A DNA stretch of 59,784 nucleotides, counting the filler, from Squatina squatina (lineage: Eukaryota), in assembly GCA_031763465.1 (NCBI GenBank). It is 3 parts of 3 records of this genome, joined end to end, with 100 filler letters (N's around TTAATTAATTAA, not from the genome) between each part and the next. Parts side by side here need not be neighbours in the genome. Positions count along the whole stretch, not along the records: positions 22,500 to 46,317 come from JARFOE010000013.1; 2 more parts are not named here. The stretch is one strand, 5' to 3'. Made by a program: the position numbers and the translations under genes. How positions within the stretch are numbered: the stretch's first letter is position 1; every line of letters begins with the position of its first letter. The notes beneath the pieces are model-generated. The model was not told where the DNA came from. It saw only the letters and a list, made by a program, of their open reading frames with translations, and did not search any database. This document shows positions 23,369 through 37,582 of the stretch, piece after piece.

Positions 23369-26300
23369 GGGGCGAAATTCCGCTTTTATAATGCCCCATT
23401 CCCATCTCCTTTACTCTAAATCCATCAGCTTACAAGAAAGAGTACCACATACGTACTAACACCAGTGAGTGGTCAGATCATCGATGTCCAGACATATGAT
23501 TTTAACTGCCAATTGACAAACATTGCCCCATCTGAGGGCCTCGGTGCCTCTGCTGAGGAATTTTGCGGAGGGTGGGTGCGCCACGTCATCAAAAGGCGCG
23601 CCNNNNNNNNNNNNNNNNNNNNNNNNNNNNNNNNNNNNNNNNNNNNNNNNNNNNNNNNNNNNNNNNNNNNNNNNNNNNNNNNNNNNNNNNNNNNNNNNNN
23701 NNCCTTGCCAGCGACGCCCATATCCCAGGAATGAATTTTTTTAAAATCAGTGTTATTGATATCTCGAACTGTGTACTCTCAAACTTCCAGTGCATGTTCC
23801 TGTGTCGACCCATGTCTGGGATCAACTGGTCTAAGCAGAAGCCTTGATTAACCTGCCACACCACTCCCGGGACACTTCAGTAACTTCAAAAAAGACACCA
23901 AACCAAGAAACACCTGCACAAACCCACAAGAGACAATAGAAATCAATCAACATCTAATCTGAAAGCAGGTGATGATCCTTTAAATAGCGCTGATGTTGAG
24001 TCCTTCCTGATACTAAACGCATGTTCAGCTATGGGAGGTTAAGTGAGGGCATTAGCTCCAGCATAGAGGTCAGAAATGGCAGTGTTGGCGTTAAATCAGT
24101 GTTATTGACGTTATGATCTGCATATTCTGAAAACTTTTGGCGCACGCTCCCCGGTGCAAATGACTTCACCGAAATGGTGTCTGGCACGGCTCGCACCAGG
24201 AGTGTGCATGGCTGCGGAGACAACAATTTCAACACAAAATGTCACCCATAGCGCCAAATCTTTTTCTTCAATATGGTAGTTATGATCAATGTATTTATTT
24301 CCTGAATTGTTGAATGAATATTGATGGTGGACTTATTTAAACAGAACATTTCAAAATTGTACCAGATGCACTTGTATCTCAAGAACTGACAATAGAATGT
24401 TACAATGTCAACAACAAGGATTGAATTCAGACTTGGCCGTCCTCACATGCCATGGTAGCTCTTGTCCTGGCTGCCAGAGATGTTTTTCGTTTTGGGGCTA
24501 TATGCCAGGAAAAGGAAAAAATGCTCAGTCCAAGCACATCCCCTGTAACTGAACCTTCTGTTGGTTGATGCAGAACATTTGTAACAGCAGCTCACTGTCC
24601 TCCCCCCTGCCCCCCTCCCCCCTTCTAATGGAGGAAGATTTGGGAGATGGCTGCTTGTAGGAATCAAAAGGAGATGTTAAACAAGTAAATACTTTGCATA
24701 TTTTAAAAAAATATTCATGTGGACAATAAAAATCTTGAATGAATTAAAATTAAACTGAAGATTAATATGAAAAAAGTAAAATATTTTCCTCTATTTTATG
24801 TATAATTATTTTGTTATACAAGCAGGTTCTCATAGGTTGCTATTGACATAGCCAGCTATTCTATTCAAGAATGACATTTTATCATTACTGGAGCTCAGTA
24901 AAAAAAATGAATGCTTCCTATGTGCCAGTTATTACTTTGGAAAAACAAATCGCTTTTTGCCTCAATACTGAAATATGTGGCAATATGCAACCAAAGTGAT
25001 GAATGCTTTGATTTAAGTTTGGAGTGTAAAGTATTTTCAGGCAGATTCAAATATTAGACACATTTATTAGCACTCAGTATGTCCATTTTTCATGCTTACT
25101 TGTCATCTGTGCAGTAAAGCATAAATCACAAATAGAAGGATGCAGACACTAACAAGATATAATTATTGTAGAGTCTGCTATTTGCAGAAAAATATAGTTT
25201 TATGGCAGTCCATTACTGTGGGTGCAATTTTGTTTTGCATAATTATATCATACCACACCACTTTTCTAAATGTCTCTGACATCCAATTTTTATAACTAAT
25301 CTGCTTCTTTTTCATTTTGTCCTGTCCTGAGTCCAGAGAGTTAGACCAGCGTAGATCAATTTAGAATCTTGAGTCTTGATTATGATTACAGGTTTTATAT
25401 TGCATTTATGTCAAAATCTAAGATTTTGATTTAAAACATTACTTCATACATATCTTCTAGATATAAATCATGACCGTAGTACTCTGCCATTGTTTTCAAC
25501 TCAGCCAAATCATAAGAGGGCAGAACAAAATCAAAATATGAATCAAACTTAAAAATCATTCTTAATATCAAAATTGAAAATTAAGCATTGCAAATATATA
25601 AATTTGCATAAAATAATCATCATGCATGTGTCACAGCACACCAGGTCATAAAATTAATGTAAAACATTGCAATTATCTGTTCAATCATTTTACTAAGCAC
25701 ACAGAATCCGTGAACCAGATGCTGATAAAAGGGATTGTTTATGGAAGCCAGCAGTAAATATAAAATGAGGCTGTGAATAATTAAAGAAGTAGTTGTACTG
25801 GCACATAAAGTTGTTATTGCTAAAGCAGCAAATACCAGCAAGCCATTGAAATTGAGTATTGAAACTGCATCTGTACAAAAAGCAAGCTGAGAAATTAAAT
25901 TTTCATTTTAATTATATAGACGTGAACCAGATAGCAGTAATATCAAAATTACATTAAACCCTGTGCTGGGTATGTCTGTGTATAATAACAGACAAAATGT
26001 CTCTTTAGAGGCAGAGTACTTTTTCTGTCTGTGAATATTTACCCCAAAGGGACAAGACAGCAATTATTTTCTGAAAGCAGATCATCACATTGTCTCACTA
26101 TGTTTAAATGGAAAGCAGATTGTGCACGGCTTCCTGTCTTTCCCATTGCTATAATGATTCTGCCTAGTTTCAGTTATGCCATGATAGATCTTATGAGGNN
26201 NNNNNNNNNNNNNNNNNNNNNNNNNNNNNNNNNNNNNNNNNNNNNNNNNNNNNNNNNNNNNNNNNNNNNNNNNNNNNNNNNNNNNNNNNNNNNNNNNNCC

Positions 26301-29300
26301 TGCCAAACTCTAGCAGGAACCACACCCGCTGCTGGGAACGGAGTGGGAGATAGAGCTGCTCCATTTTAACTGCCCCGACCTGCTTCTTTTCCACCAATCG
26401 AGGAGAGTTCCAATTCTCTCTTTTGTTTTTCCTATCTTCAGCAAGATTTCAGTTGTGCAGTGGCATGTCAAACTTTTTGTGATTTTGAACTGTTGATGCT
26501 TTGAAGGATTGCATGTTGTTTGTAATATTTAGCTTGTAGTAGGTTAGACAGCTGTTGGTTCAAACTTAATTGCCCTTACACTGGTACAACATCAATTTAA
26601 CAAGCAGTGGGTTTGCTTCGTTTGTGCAAAATCAAAAGTATAGTTTTGTGACATGTTGAGTAGCGATTGAATTGTCAAAGGGTGCAGCCTCCGTGATAAA
26701 CTGGTTAATGCATTATTTATGTTTGTGAATGCATGGTGCAATTATTTAAATTGTGTAAAATCCATCCCTGTATTGAACTTATAATATTGTACTGTGATGG
26801 ATATAATGGACAGCATCATAAAAAGACATTTATATTCAACAATACACCTTTAATCATTGAGTATTAACTAAGGGGGAGATTGTTTTAAGACTTGATTATA
26901 ACCATGCCCACCTGGTGGAAAGCAAGGTTAAAATAACTGCAACAATTTATTCCCTCTGATCTTGCCGCCTTCCCATCGGTGGTAATTTTAACCTGCACTT
27001 TTGAGCTGGTAAGGAAGCTTCTTTTAGAGGCCCAGAAAGGCAGGCTCATTTTTTGTTGTTATTTCCTTGTGGGCAAGGAGGAACGGGAGTGCTCCCCTCT
27101 CCTGAGCTTTTCTGCCTCTTCCCTGACCATGGTGACCTCCTGACCTCCCTTCCAACCATTTACCCGAGTGTCGAGGACCGTTCCACTGGGTCCCCAGCAG
27201 CAGCCTTCTGACACCCAACATCCCGTTCCTGCTCACCTCTTCCCGCTGCATTTAGACAGGACACTTGACAGTGCAGATGAGTTCTGGGAGTTCAAATCTC
27301 CTGGGCCTCACTCTGCGGGGGATTCGACGATTTGTCATTTGCCTTGGCCCTTTCCCAGATGCATGACTCCCACCAGGGAATTAAAATTGTGGCTGTAGTG
27401 TGCTATGTATAATAAAAATACAAAAGTGTTTATTAAGAATAAATTGATGAATTTGTTATACATGGTGAACAAGGAGATCTTTATTCCCTGTAGGTTATCG
27501 TGACAGGGATGACAGTTGCCATCAGTTTGCAGTCAGTTCTTGCTTTCCATGAAATGAAAGATTTCCAGTACAGTATAAGCCTTGAACATTGCAAGTGAAA
27601 CATTCTGCATTTTGTTTCATCACATTTGCCAGCAGTGTGACAATGCTTAACAATTAATTTCTGACTTGAAGATAACAGGACATTTATTTTCGATCCTGAT
27701 TTAATGTTCTGTGAACTGTTATATATTTTATGCTTCTAAATAAATACTGATATAAAAGTGTGTAGAGTACGGAGGTAACATTTATATACTGCCTTTCACA
27801 TTCTCAGGATGCCCCAAAAGCACTTCAGAGCCAATGAATATGCTTGTGGCTGATGCTCAATTTCAACAATCAAAAAAATATTCTGCCTCCTTGCATTGAT
27901 ATCCTTAAAGAAAATCTCATCTCAACCCAAGAAAGAATGTTTGATGTTTTAAAAATTAATTTTTCAACAAATCCCTCGCCTTGTCAGCTGACACTAATAA
28001 AATCCTGGTTTAGTTATTAATCTTGTTAATTCCCTACTCTTTCTGTCACATATGTGAAGCTACATGACAAAAGTGACAGCCACTACAACAACAGGAAAGA
28101 AAAGTCCCAGATATACTGAAAGATACAAACTGCAACAGCAAAAACTGTGTGCATGAAAATAAATAAAAGACAGCTGTAAGTGTGTTGAAAGATAAAATGC
28201 AGCCTCTTGGGTTTGGATAATGTATAAATCCATTCAAGCCTTACTTTGGGGATTATAATGATCTTTGAACACTGGAAATGTGTTGCAGCTTTATAATGTG
28301 TACAAGCTATGATATTCTCCTGCATAAGTCACTGAAAGAAATCCTGATATCTGTGTTAATCTACTATTGTTACTTGTTAAATAAATGGTACAATACCATC
28401 GCTTGTTAAATCATGTAATTTGATTACCAGAGCCTACCGTCTATCACTGTCCATCATGACACCCTGTCAAGGTAATAATATGTCTCAGGGTTGAGGTGAT
28501 ATTAATAAACGTTTGAGCTTCACTTTCATGGTTGATGATGTCAAACCCTCAGTGTGTTCCTGCCTTGTAACACATTGACTAACTGTGTAATGCTGTATTT
28601 AGCACAATCGCAGAGATCTGTTATTCTCTATATTAGAGTTCATTCAGGAAGGAGCCGAGAGCATGCTTCTTTTGCAGTCCAGTATATGCAAACCGTTTTT
28701 TCTTGCTCCACCAACCCATTTTGCTGTTTGACATTGACTTGCAATATGCTTTATCACCACTTGGTCGTGCTATTGTACTGTGAAAGGAAGTTGCTTTGTC
28801 TTTTTTTTGATAAATGCTTTGGGCTAAGTAGAATAAATGACAACGGTACAGTGGGCTTTTTCTAATGTTTCTTAATGTCTGCACATTCCATCTGGCTGGG
28901 CAGATATTAAAATTAGGAAGGGAAGAATAATGACTGTAATTGTAGTGTAGTGTTTGCTGCTTGGTTTATATCTTTATATACAGGACCAATAACCAGTACA
29001 GGAATGTTCACAATTGCAATATATTGACCTTGATACATTACCCTCAGTAATGCAATATAGAATTGCTAATGCAATTTCATTTTGATTCTCCTTTCTGTTT
29101 ATCCATTCATTTCTCAATGAAGCCCATCTTCTAGGGCCTCTTTAATGTTTACTTCATTATTAAGTCAACCTGTCTAAAATCTAAACTTGCAGGCAAAAGA
29201 TAAACAAACCTGAAAAGTACAAAAGATCCTAGTAGAACTGGACTAGTAGACTAGCTCTGCATCCTCATCGCTCATTCTCACATTAACCACTGGCTTATGT

Positions 29301-30624
29301 CATATCCTCTGCCCCTTCACCACCGCCCCCACCCTGCAGCTGACAGTTCAAATAGCACACACTGGTACATGCTCATATTGATGATATTTCCCCCTCCACC
29401 CTATCAAAACCATATGATTGACAGCAACAATGTCAAAAATCTTCAGTTATTCCATAAGAGTTGCTGATAATTATTGATAAATATGCCTATATTTTCATCA
29501 AATTTAGCAGCAAATCTTTGTCATGAACATTTTGGTTTGCCTCCTTCTGAACTTTCATTTCCTTGTTTGGACATGACAAGCATTAGTAAACTCACCTTTG
29601 AAATCAACATTCAAATAGTGGCAGAACACTTGATGTANNNNNNNNNNNNNNNNNNNNNNNNNNNNNNNNNNNNNNNNNNNNNNNNNNNNNNNNNNNNNNN
29701 NNNNNNNNNNNNNNNNNNNNNNNNNNNNNNNNNNNNNNNCAGGAACTGGGTTAAATTAAAAAAACAAAAGTCTATTTTCATATCCACAATTAATGTCAGA
29801 AATTAATTTAATTCAAGTAAATTTTAATGAGTTACTATAAACAGAACATCATTTTATAATTTAAGTACTTTTCTTAAAATGTGTGTGATTCAAAGATGCC
29901 TGTTATTTGAGCTCCTTCCAGCCAGCAAGAGTGCAAGAACCGAGCTCATTCAACTGACAATACAGACACCTAAGCAATTAAAAAAGTAATGCGCTCTTTA
30001 ACCTTTCTAGCAGCTGAGACGCAGAGGGATTCAACACCAATGAAAATTCATTTAGTACGGGGAAAAGAAATCATTGGGGCAGCTTAGTTTCAATTGTTCC
30101 ACTATCCTTTAGACTTCACCTGCATTAAACAATATATAATATTTCCTTTGTAGTACATATACCATGAAGTAGAATTTAACATGTCAATGGAATACTACAC
30201 TACTGAATATTATTGCAAGCTAAAATCATTTTTAAAACATCTGAAAAAAACGTATCAGCTATAATTCAAAAAATAACACAGAGCATGATGTTTAAACTGG
30301 AACACATACAAATACTTTCATTTGCAATGTACAAAATGATTATCCATTTACCTTCTGTAACAGTATTGTGCGCACTATTTAAGTGGCCACGTATTCAATT
30401 CTGGACATTACTTCTCCACAACCACCTCACTTTATCATCATGGATTATATATACAAAGCACTGTTCAATCAGGTGAACCCAATATCCAATCAAAGCACCT
30501 GGGTGTGAAGATATCTCAATAACAGTATATGTGAGCATGGTACCTTACCCTTACATTGATTTTTCTTGTTATTGCTCAAACATGTTTCTCTTCATGAGGC
30601 GGTGGTTTTTTTAAGTGTTGTAAT

Positions 30625-30882
30625 TAGGGTGACCAGATATGTAAAACTAAAAACCAGGACAAAACTTACCTTCCAGTCTGCGCATGCACTATCAGGTCTC
30701 CCGCCGGGACTGCACATTCAAAGTCAATTCTCCACCAGGACTGCGCATGTGCAGTCAGTTTTCCTTTCTCGCTCACTGGAAACCGGGATATTTGAGCAAT
30801 TTTAAGTTAATTGTTGGGGCACCGGGACATTTACTAAAAAAACAGGACTCTTCTGGCAAAACTGGGACATCTGGTCACCCTA
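30625..30882. mobile_element. hAT-type MITE with TAGGGTGACCAGAT TIRs
   Basis: TAGGGTGACCAGAT...ATCTGGTCACCCTA (14-bp perfect TIR); 8-bp flanks GTTGTAAT and GATGTCAC match at 5 of 8. Confidence 0.8.
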
Positions 30883-30884
30883 GA

Positions 30885-31866
30885 TGTCACAAATGCACTC
30901 TATAGAAGGAGAGGCCAATACATATCATTCCCCATGACGAGAGAGAAGCAGCTGGAGCTCTCAACTGGCTTCTACCAAATGGCTGGCTTCCCAATGGTGC
31001 AGGGTGTCATCGATTGCACTCACATAGCCATAAGGGCCCCAGCTACTCATCCTGAACAGTTCCGCAAGAGGATCATTACTGGCCATCAACGTCCAGTATC
31101 CGGGCAGTGTACACGACGCATTCATATTGCGGCAGAGCAGGATCCCTGCCAAGTTTCAGGGTCCCAATGCACTGCGTGGTTGGCTACTCGGAGACAAGGG
31201 CTACCCTTTGCAAACGTGGCTCATGACACCCCTTTGGAACACCCACAGTGCAGCTGAGCGTGCATACAATGACAGCCATTCCTCGACAAGGAGTATTATT
31301 GAGCAAACCAACGGTGTGTTCAAGCAGCACTTCCGCTGCCTTGACAGATCAGGGGGAGCACTACATTACTCGCCTGACTGTGTCTCCTTGTTTGTTGTTG
31401 TGTGCTGCACAACCTGGCCATCCAGAGGGCACAGCCATTGCAGGATGAGGGTGCACCCACCGAAAATTGGCAAGCAGAGGGGCTTCAACATCAACAGGAG
31501 GAGGTCGAGGAGGAGGAGAAATCTGATGAGACTGATGTGGACGACGAAGATTCCGATGAGGAGGAGGAGTTGACAGTGGGAGGGGCTAGGGCTCGCAGAC
31601 TTCTGGTCAGCAGGGGTGCAGCAAGGCAGGTGTGCAATAACTTTATTGCTGCTTGCTTCCAGTAATTCACAACAGTACCACAGCCATCTGGACTGGCTCT
31701 CACATGTACATCTGTACCTTCTGTCCCCAAAGTACTCCACCCTCCACCAAGCAATCCTCACACTTGCATCCTACATCCATTGCTCACCCTGGAATAAAAT
31801 GGAGACAGAATCATGTGGTGAAAGAGTGAAATTTATAAACATCAAAACAAAAGTAACATCTAACAG
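30885..31866 (+). mobile_element. PIF/Harbinger (HARBI1-like) transposase pseudogene
   Basis: AGFPMVQGVIDCTHIAIRAP, YPGSVHD, WLLGDKGYPL..WLMTP, AYNDSHSSTRSIIEQT.G.FK..FRCLD.SGG.L.Y, LHNLAI and an acidic tail; frameshifts and an internal deletion near 31070. Confidence 0.9.
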
Positions 31867-34800
31867 NNNNNNNNNNNNNNNNNNNNNNNNNNNNNNNNNN
31901 NNNNNNNNNNNNNNNNNNNNNNNNNNNNNNNNNNNNNNNNNNNNNNNNNNNNNNNNNNNNNNNNNNGACCCTGCAACCCAAACTAGTTGTGCTGGTCTTT
32001 CTAGCATGGGTCTGATAGGCACTGTAGAGCTGACTCAAATGGCACAGATGTCATCAACCTGAAATGTTAGTTCTGTATTTCTCCCTCCACAGAGGCAGCC
32101 GTACCTTATGAGTGTTTTCAGCATTTTCTGTTTTTATTTACTGTTCAAGAGAATCATGTATTGAGGAATTTTTGTTTTATTTGTTCTTGGGATATAGGTA
32201 GTGCTGGTAAGGCTGCATTATTATTGTCTATTCCTGTTTGTCCTGAAAAGATGAACCACTGTCATTGTGGTAATAATATTCCAATGGTAAATGAACAGTG
32301 GTATATGTCCAAGTCAGGATGCTGTGTTACTTGGAGGGTAACTTGTAAGTGATGGTGTTCCAGATTCTTGCTGATCTTGTCCTTCTTTGTGATAAAGATT
32401 GCAGAAGGTAGATATACCGTTGAAGTAGGAAAAGTCTCTGTGCTGGTCTCATCTAAAGCTGAAACTAAAATATTGCATAGCTCTGTGGTTAATAAATCAC
32501 TTAAAAAACAAAATATGCCTAACTACATGAAAAGATGTATATGCTCTCCTGCTAGACTGCAAGGGATAACCATTTTCCTCCCAGGTAAAACACCTGCAAA
32601 TCTAATACATAAATAAAAAACATTGCTGATTTTCCCTCAGCCCTCCTGCTGTAAATGGGGTGGTAGCAGAGGTGATTTGGCTTTAAGAGGTGCAACTGAG
32701 CCCACCGGAAATCCCACTCTTCTCAATGGCGAGCTGCCAAATCAGCACCTGAAAGCTTGTGGGCCGCTCGCTAATGACAGGCAAATGTGGCCGTTGGTCT
32801 AAATAATTTGAGCCTCTCACACTTTCCAGAACGTGGGCAGCCTGATCACCCTGTCCAGTGGACACCGAAGACAAACTCGACTCCATCAAGATCTCTAAAC
32901 ATATTAGTAGAGTGGACGCAAAGCAGGAAAGCCTATTGAATCCGAAGTTTGCCACTAAGCCACCAGCAAAGAACAAAAGACACCCACCTGCTTTAGCATA
33001 AATTCTCAGTGGAATGTCTGAAATAGGGACTCATACATGCAGAAGCACAAAAGGAAAGCAAAGTTCCCTCTTCTATGTGCTATCCCATTATTTCAAAAGG
33101 ATCGCCCACTCAAATCAACTCCGTACCAGTCTGAATGGTGGTAAATTCAAATGATTTGTCTCACAGAGACCTCACAGTCACCAAATCCCTGTGGAACAGT
33201 AAAGCCTGTCACTTACTACGGAGAAGAGCTTAGGCACAGTTCACTCTGCGTTCATGGGTCAGTCCTTCTGTTCTCTCCTAGTCAAGAGTCTAAATAGCTT
33301 GAAGGTCACTATACACTAGAGAAATGTGAATTTCATTTCCTGTTCGGTCATTAAAGTGCAATTTGTATCACCTATAAAATAGCTGCATTGGAAAACATTT
33401 AAAAATAGGGGGAATGAGTCCTGTGAATTATTGCTACATTGTGACTTAAGATCCTGACACAGGGAATTTGTTTAAAAGCGCAGGCTGCCAGCTACGACTC
33501 AGGAGAATGCACAGCAACTGTTTTATTTTAAACCATGATGATCTACATTTTATTCCACCCAGAGGAAAATGAGCAGAGCTTGTAGGTTAAGCATCACAAA
33601 TATGGTGATCTATTGTTTGTTCAATTCAGAGCAGATGGGGCCACTACCTTGTGTGACAACAGCACCATTATAAGCATGTTCATGAATAACCAGCTTTTAA
33701 TTTACTGGATACCACTAACCAGGCACATATTTTTGGCGAAATCACTTGCACTTCTGAACTGTTGGAGCTATTGTCTGCTTCACATACACATTTAATTTTT
33801 AAATGAGTTACTGCTTTTTGGCTTATCACCAGGAAGAAAAGATTTCTTTAAACCATAATATGTTTCCATCAGAANNNNNNNNNNNNNNNNNNNNNNNNNN
33901 NNNNNNNNNNNNNNNNNNNNNNNNNNNNNNNNNNNNNNNNNNNNNNNNNNNNNNNNNNNNNNNNNNNNNNNNNNCCATCAGAACAGTGAGCTTATCCAGC
34001 ATTCACAAATTGTTAGAAATAAAAAGCAAATGATTAATATTGGATATTTGGAATTAGGACAGAAAAAGTTGGAAATGCGGCAGATTAGTCAATACTTTAA
34101 AGAGAAAGATACATTCATGCTTATTCTCCATAACACAGCCTTTTCTGTTTTATTTTTGAAATTGTTAACAGTATTCACTTAAAACCTTTTAAAATCTTTT
34201 GAAAAGGAAATATGTCTGCTACAATGAACGAATGAAAATCACACTTGCTTGCTGACTTAATTTACTCAGAGATGCTGTTACGATCTTTAAATGAACATAC
34301 AATACTTATATAACTGCAAGACTTTCTCTATTTATTAATCTATTCATCAGTAGGAACAAGGAGGTCTCACATTTGTATTTGAATGTCAATTTTCATCTGC
34401 TCCATTGCTACTTGTATAAAAGATGGTGCTCCATCTGTAGCCCTAAATAAACTAAATTCTAATCAGACTGAGCCAACTTCCTCGTTTACATATTCCCTCC
34501 GAAACATGAAGAAATTTGAGCATGATGTTTGTACATGCTGACAACAGCACCAAGTCATTGGTTGGGAGTATCTCATTTAATTTTCAAAAGGAGAAGAAAA
34601 AGATGCGTGCACAGCATATTGCATGAAGCACTGGAAAATAGCCTGTGGCAAACAGATTGTGATTTTCTACTCAAGTACTTTCTCATGTTTTGCTGATGAG
34701 CTATGTGCCAGCTCCTCTTGTCCGGAATGGCATGTTTCTCATCCAACATCTGACGTTGTAAAACAGCAGCTTCTTTTGCGAGTTACTTCAAAGAAATCAG

Positions 34801-35029
34801 AGACATTAACTATAAAAATCTTATTTGTTTATCTGTTACTTCATTTTAAGGATAAGGCACCTGATCGGTGGTGCCCACTGACTGGGTTTTCAGTCTAAAT
34901 TGGGTACTCTGCCCTACCTAATAGTGCAGTGGATCTCGAGGCAATATAATCTTTTCCAACTGATAATTGAAGAATGTACTGAGTAACCACTTCAGAAGTA
35001 GTACAATTGAAAAGTTCTTGGTGACTTAA

Positions 35030-35704
35030 TATTCATGAGTACAAAGTGTTCAGAAAAGATAGGGAAGGAAAAAAGGGAGGTGGGGTGGCAATACTGATTA
35101 GGGAAGACATTGTAGTGTTGGAAAGAGAAGATGTCCTTGAGGGGGCAAGGACAGAATCCATTTGGCTGGAGCTGAGAAGCAAAAAGGGTATGATCACACC
35201 ACTGGGGGTGTTCTACAGGCCTCCAAATAGTGAGAGAGAAATAGAGGAGCAAATCTACAGGGAAATCAGAGAGATGTGCAATGCAAGAACTATAGAGTGG
35301 TAACATTGGGGGACTTTAATTACTCAAATATCGATTGGGATAATGTTAGAGTAAAGGGAAAGGAGGAGGAGGAATTTCTGAAATGTGTTCAGGAGAACTT
35401 CCTTGACCAGTATGTTCTCGGCCCAACTAGGAAGAAGGCATTGCTAGCTCTGGTGTTGGGGAATGAGGTGGGCCAAGTGGACCAAGTATCTCTGGGGCAA
35501 CACTTGGGTAAGAGTGATCATCGTATCATAAGGTTTAGAATAGTAATGAAGAAGAGCAAGGAGCAATCTAAAGTAGAACTTCGAAATTGGAAGAGGGCTA
35601 ACTTCAATGGGATGAGATGGGATCTAGCCAAGGTAAAATTGAACCAAAGATTGACAGGAAAAACCGTAACAGAACAATGGTTGATCTTTAAGGAGGAGAT
35701 GTTT
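35030..35704 (+). mobile_element. CR1 LINE ORF2 APE endonuclease fragment
   Basis: FRKDREGKKGGGVAILI, GVFYRPPNS, LGDFNY..IDW, LGKSDH, NWKRANF; one frameshift. Confidence 0.88.
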
Positions 35705-37254
35705 NNNNNNNNNNNNNNNNNNNNNNNNNNNNNNNNNNNNNNNNNNNNNNNNNNNNNNNNNNNNNNNNNNNNNNNNNNNNNNNNNNNNNNNNNNNNNNNN
35801 NNNNTTTTTCCTCGATGCTGGTTGATCCTAGTGTGCATTTCCAGCTTTTATTTCATACTTAAAACATTTGTGTTCTTTTTTTACCTAATTTATTTGAAGA
35901 ATTTGTATTGTGGCACTATTTTCAGTCATCATTGAACTTTCAACCTATTTAAATTCATTTTTTCCTTGCTGATTCTAATGACCGTTCAAATATGATTGTG
36001 GAGTAGAAGACATAGAGCTGATTAAAGGAGTGAGGTTATAATTAACATGGTTACTGAGAGAATTACTAACATTAAAATCTATCATTGGCAATTTGTAAAA
36101 TAATAATACATAATAATACATAATTTAAAAGGGCAGATTTAAGAAATTATGCCAGCTGCCATTTTTGCAGATACATGGAATGCAGAGACTCCTGTTTGGG
36201 TGTTTCAGCCATGGTTGGATATGAACAGACTTCATTGGGTCACTATCATTTCCAACACTCCACTGATCTTCGAACAATGTGTGTTTGGCTGAATTAGAGA
36301 ACCAATTCCTTAACTGACACAATAAAAAAACATATTTTAAAAAGTGCTTCCATGATGAATGAACATTTACATCTTAGAAGTAAATAAGTTTTAAAAATAA
36401 TCACACTTAGCTTCCCTAATAAACTATCTGCCCCCTGTGCCAGCATGAAACTCACTTGAGCATTCATCATAAGCATTAGCAGGCAGGACAATGTACAGAT
36501 TTGCTCATACAATGTGATGGCGCGTGGATAAGGATAGATTGTGTGCATGGTGCCTGCTCTGATCTAAATTCATTGAAAGTATGCGAGCTTACAACACACA
36601 TTAATTCCTGTTAACTAGGCCAATCAGAATGCTTACTTACTTTAATCTGGTTGCTAATTTCTGTTGACTAACAAAATCAACATTTTTTTNNNNNNNNNNN
36701 NNNNNNNNNNNNNNNNNNNNNNNNNNNNNNNNNNNNNNNNNNNNNNNNNNNNNNNNNNNNNNNNNNNNNNNNNNNNNNNNNNNNNNNNNACTGCAGCGGT
36801 TCAAGAAGATGGCTCAGCACCACCTCCTCAAGGGCAACTAGGGATGGGCAATAAATGCTGGCCTTGGCAGCGACACCAACATCCCGATAACTTAAAAAAA
36901 AACTGTGCTACAAAATAATTCTGGAGCAGTCCTTTATCTGTGCTTCTAAAACCACTACTTTTATTCAGCATGACATAACTTTGCTGTAATTTAATTAAAA
37001 ATAGAGTCATGTAATGGATAAGGAGAGATCTATTGATCAATAAAAGCTTCAAAAGAAGTGCCTCATCATCTAGTAAATACAACCGTATTTTGAAATAATT
37101 CCAGAAATATCATTTTTAAAATATTTTTTGAGGGGGGAGGGTGAATGGAGTGGAGCTATACATGTAATCATTTTGGAATGAACAAAAATGATTATACTTA
37201 ACAATTTAAATGCCAACATTAAGATTGGCTTCTCCATGCACGCACCCAGTATTG

Positions 37255-37478
37255 ATTTGGTGATTCACCAGAATGACACCGGGGCTAAAATGAGTTATAT
37301 TATGAGGCAAGGTTGCATAGACTAGGTTTGTATTCCCTTGAGGTATAGATGATTAAGGGGTGATCTAATTGAGGTGTTTAAGATGATTAAAGGATTTGAA
37401 GGGCGTAAATGGAGAGAAACAATTTCCTCTGGCGATTATCTGTGGTCCAGCACAATGGGGCATAACCTTAAAATTAGA
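37255..37478 (+). mobile_element. CR1 LINE decayed fragment
   Basis: TTAAGGGGTGATCTAATTGAGGTGTTTAAG (RGDLIEVFK) and GGGCATAACCTTAAAATT (GHNLKI). Confidence 0.7.
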
Positions 37479-37582
37479 AATTAAAAACAGAAAATGCTGG
37501 CAACACTCAGCAGGTCAGGCAGCATCTGTGGAGAGAGAAACAGCATTACCATTTCAGGTTGATGACCCATCGTCAGAGCTGC
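37478..37582 (-). mobile_element. Penelope-like terminal fragment with a degenerate hammerhead core
   Basis: Homologous to 4080-4167; minus strand CTGACGA TGGGTCATCAACCT GAAA TGGT. Confidence 0.6.

Noticed and set aside
30934-31665. Domesticated host HARBI1 gene
   Set aside because: Multiple frameshifts and an internal deletion; it is a transposon fossil.
32859-33001. Short open frame after ctgtccag, possible terminal exon
   Set aside because: Weak polypyrimidine tract, no recognisable homology, length within chance expectation.
34694-34720. CTGATGA followed by a GAGCT/AGCTC hairpin (hammerhead-like)
   Set aside because: No GAAA box or helix III follows.
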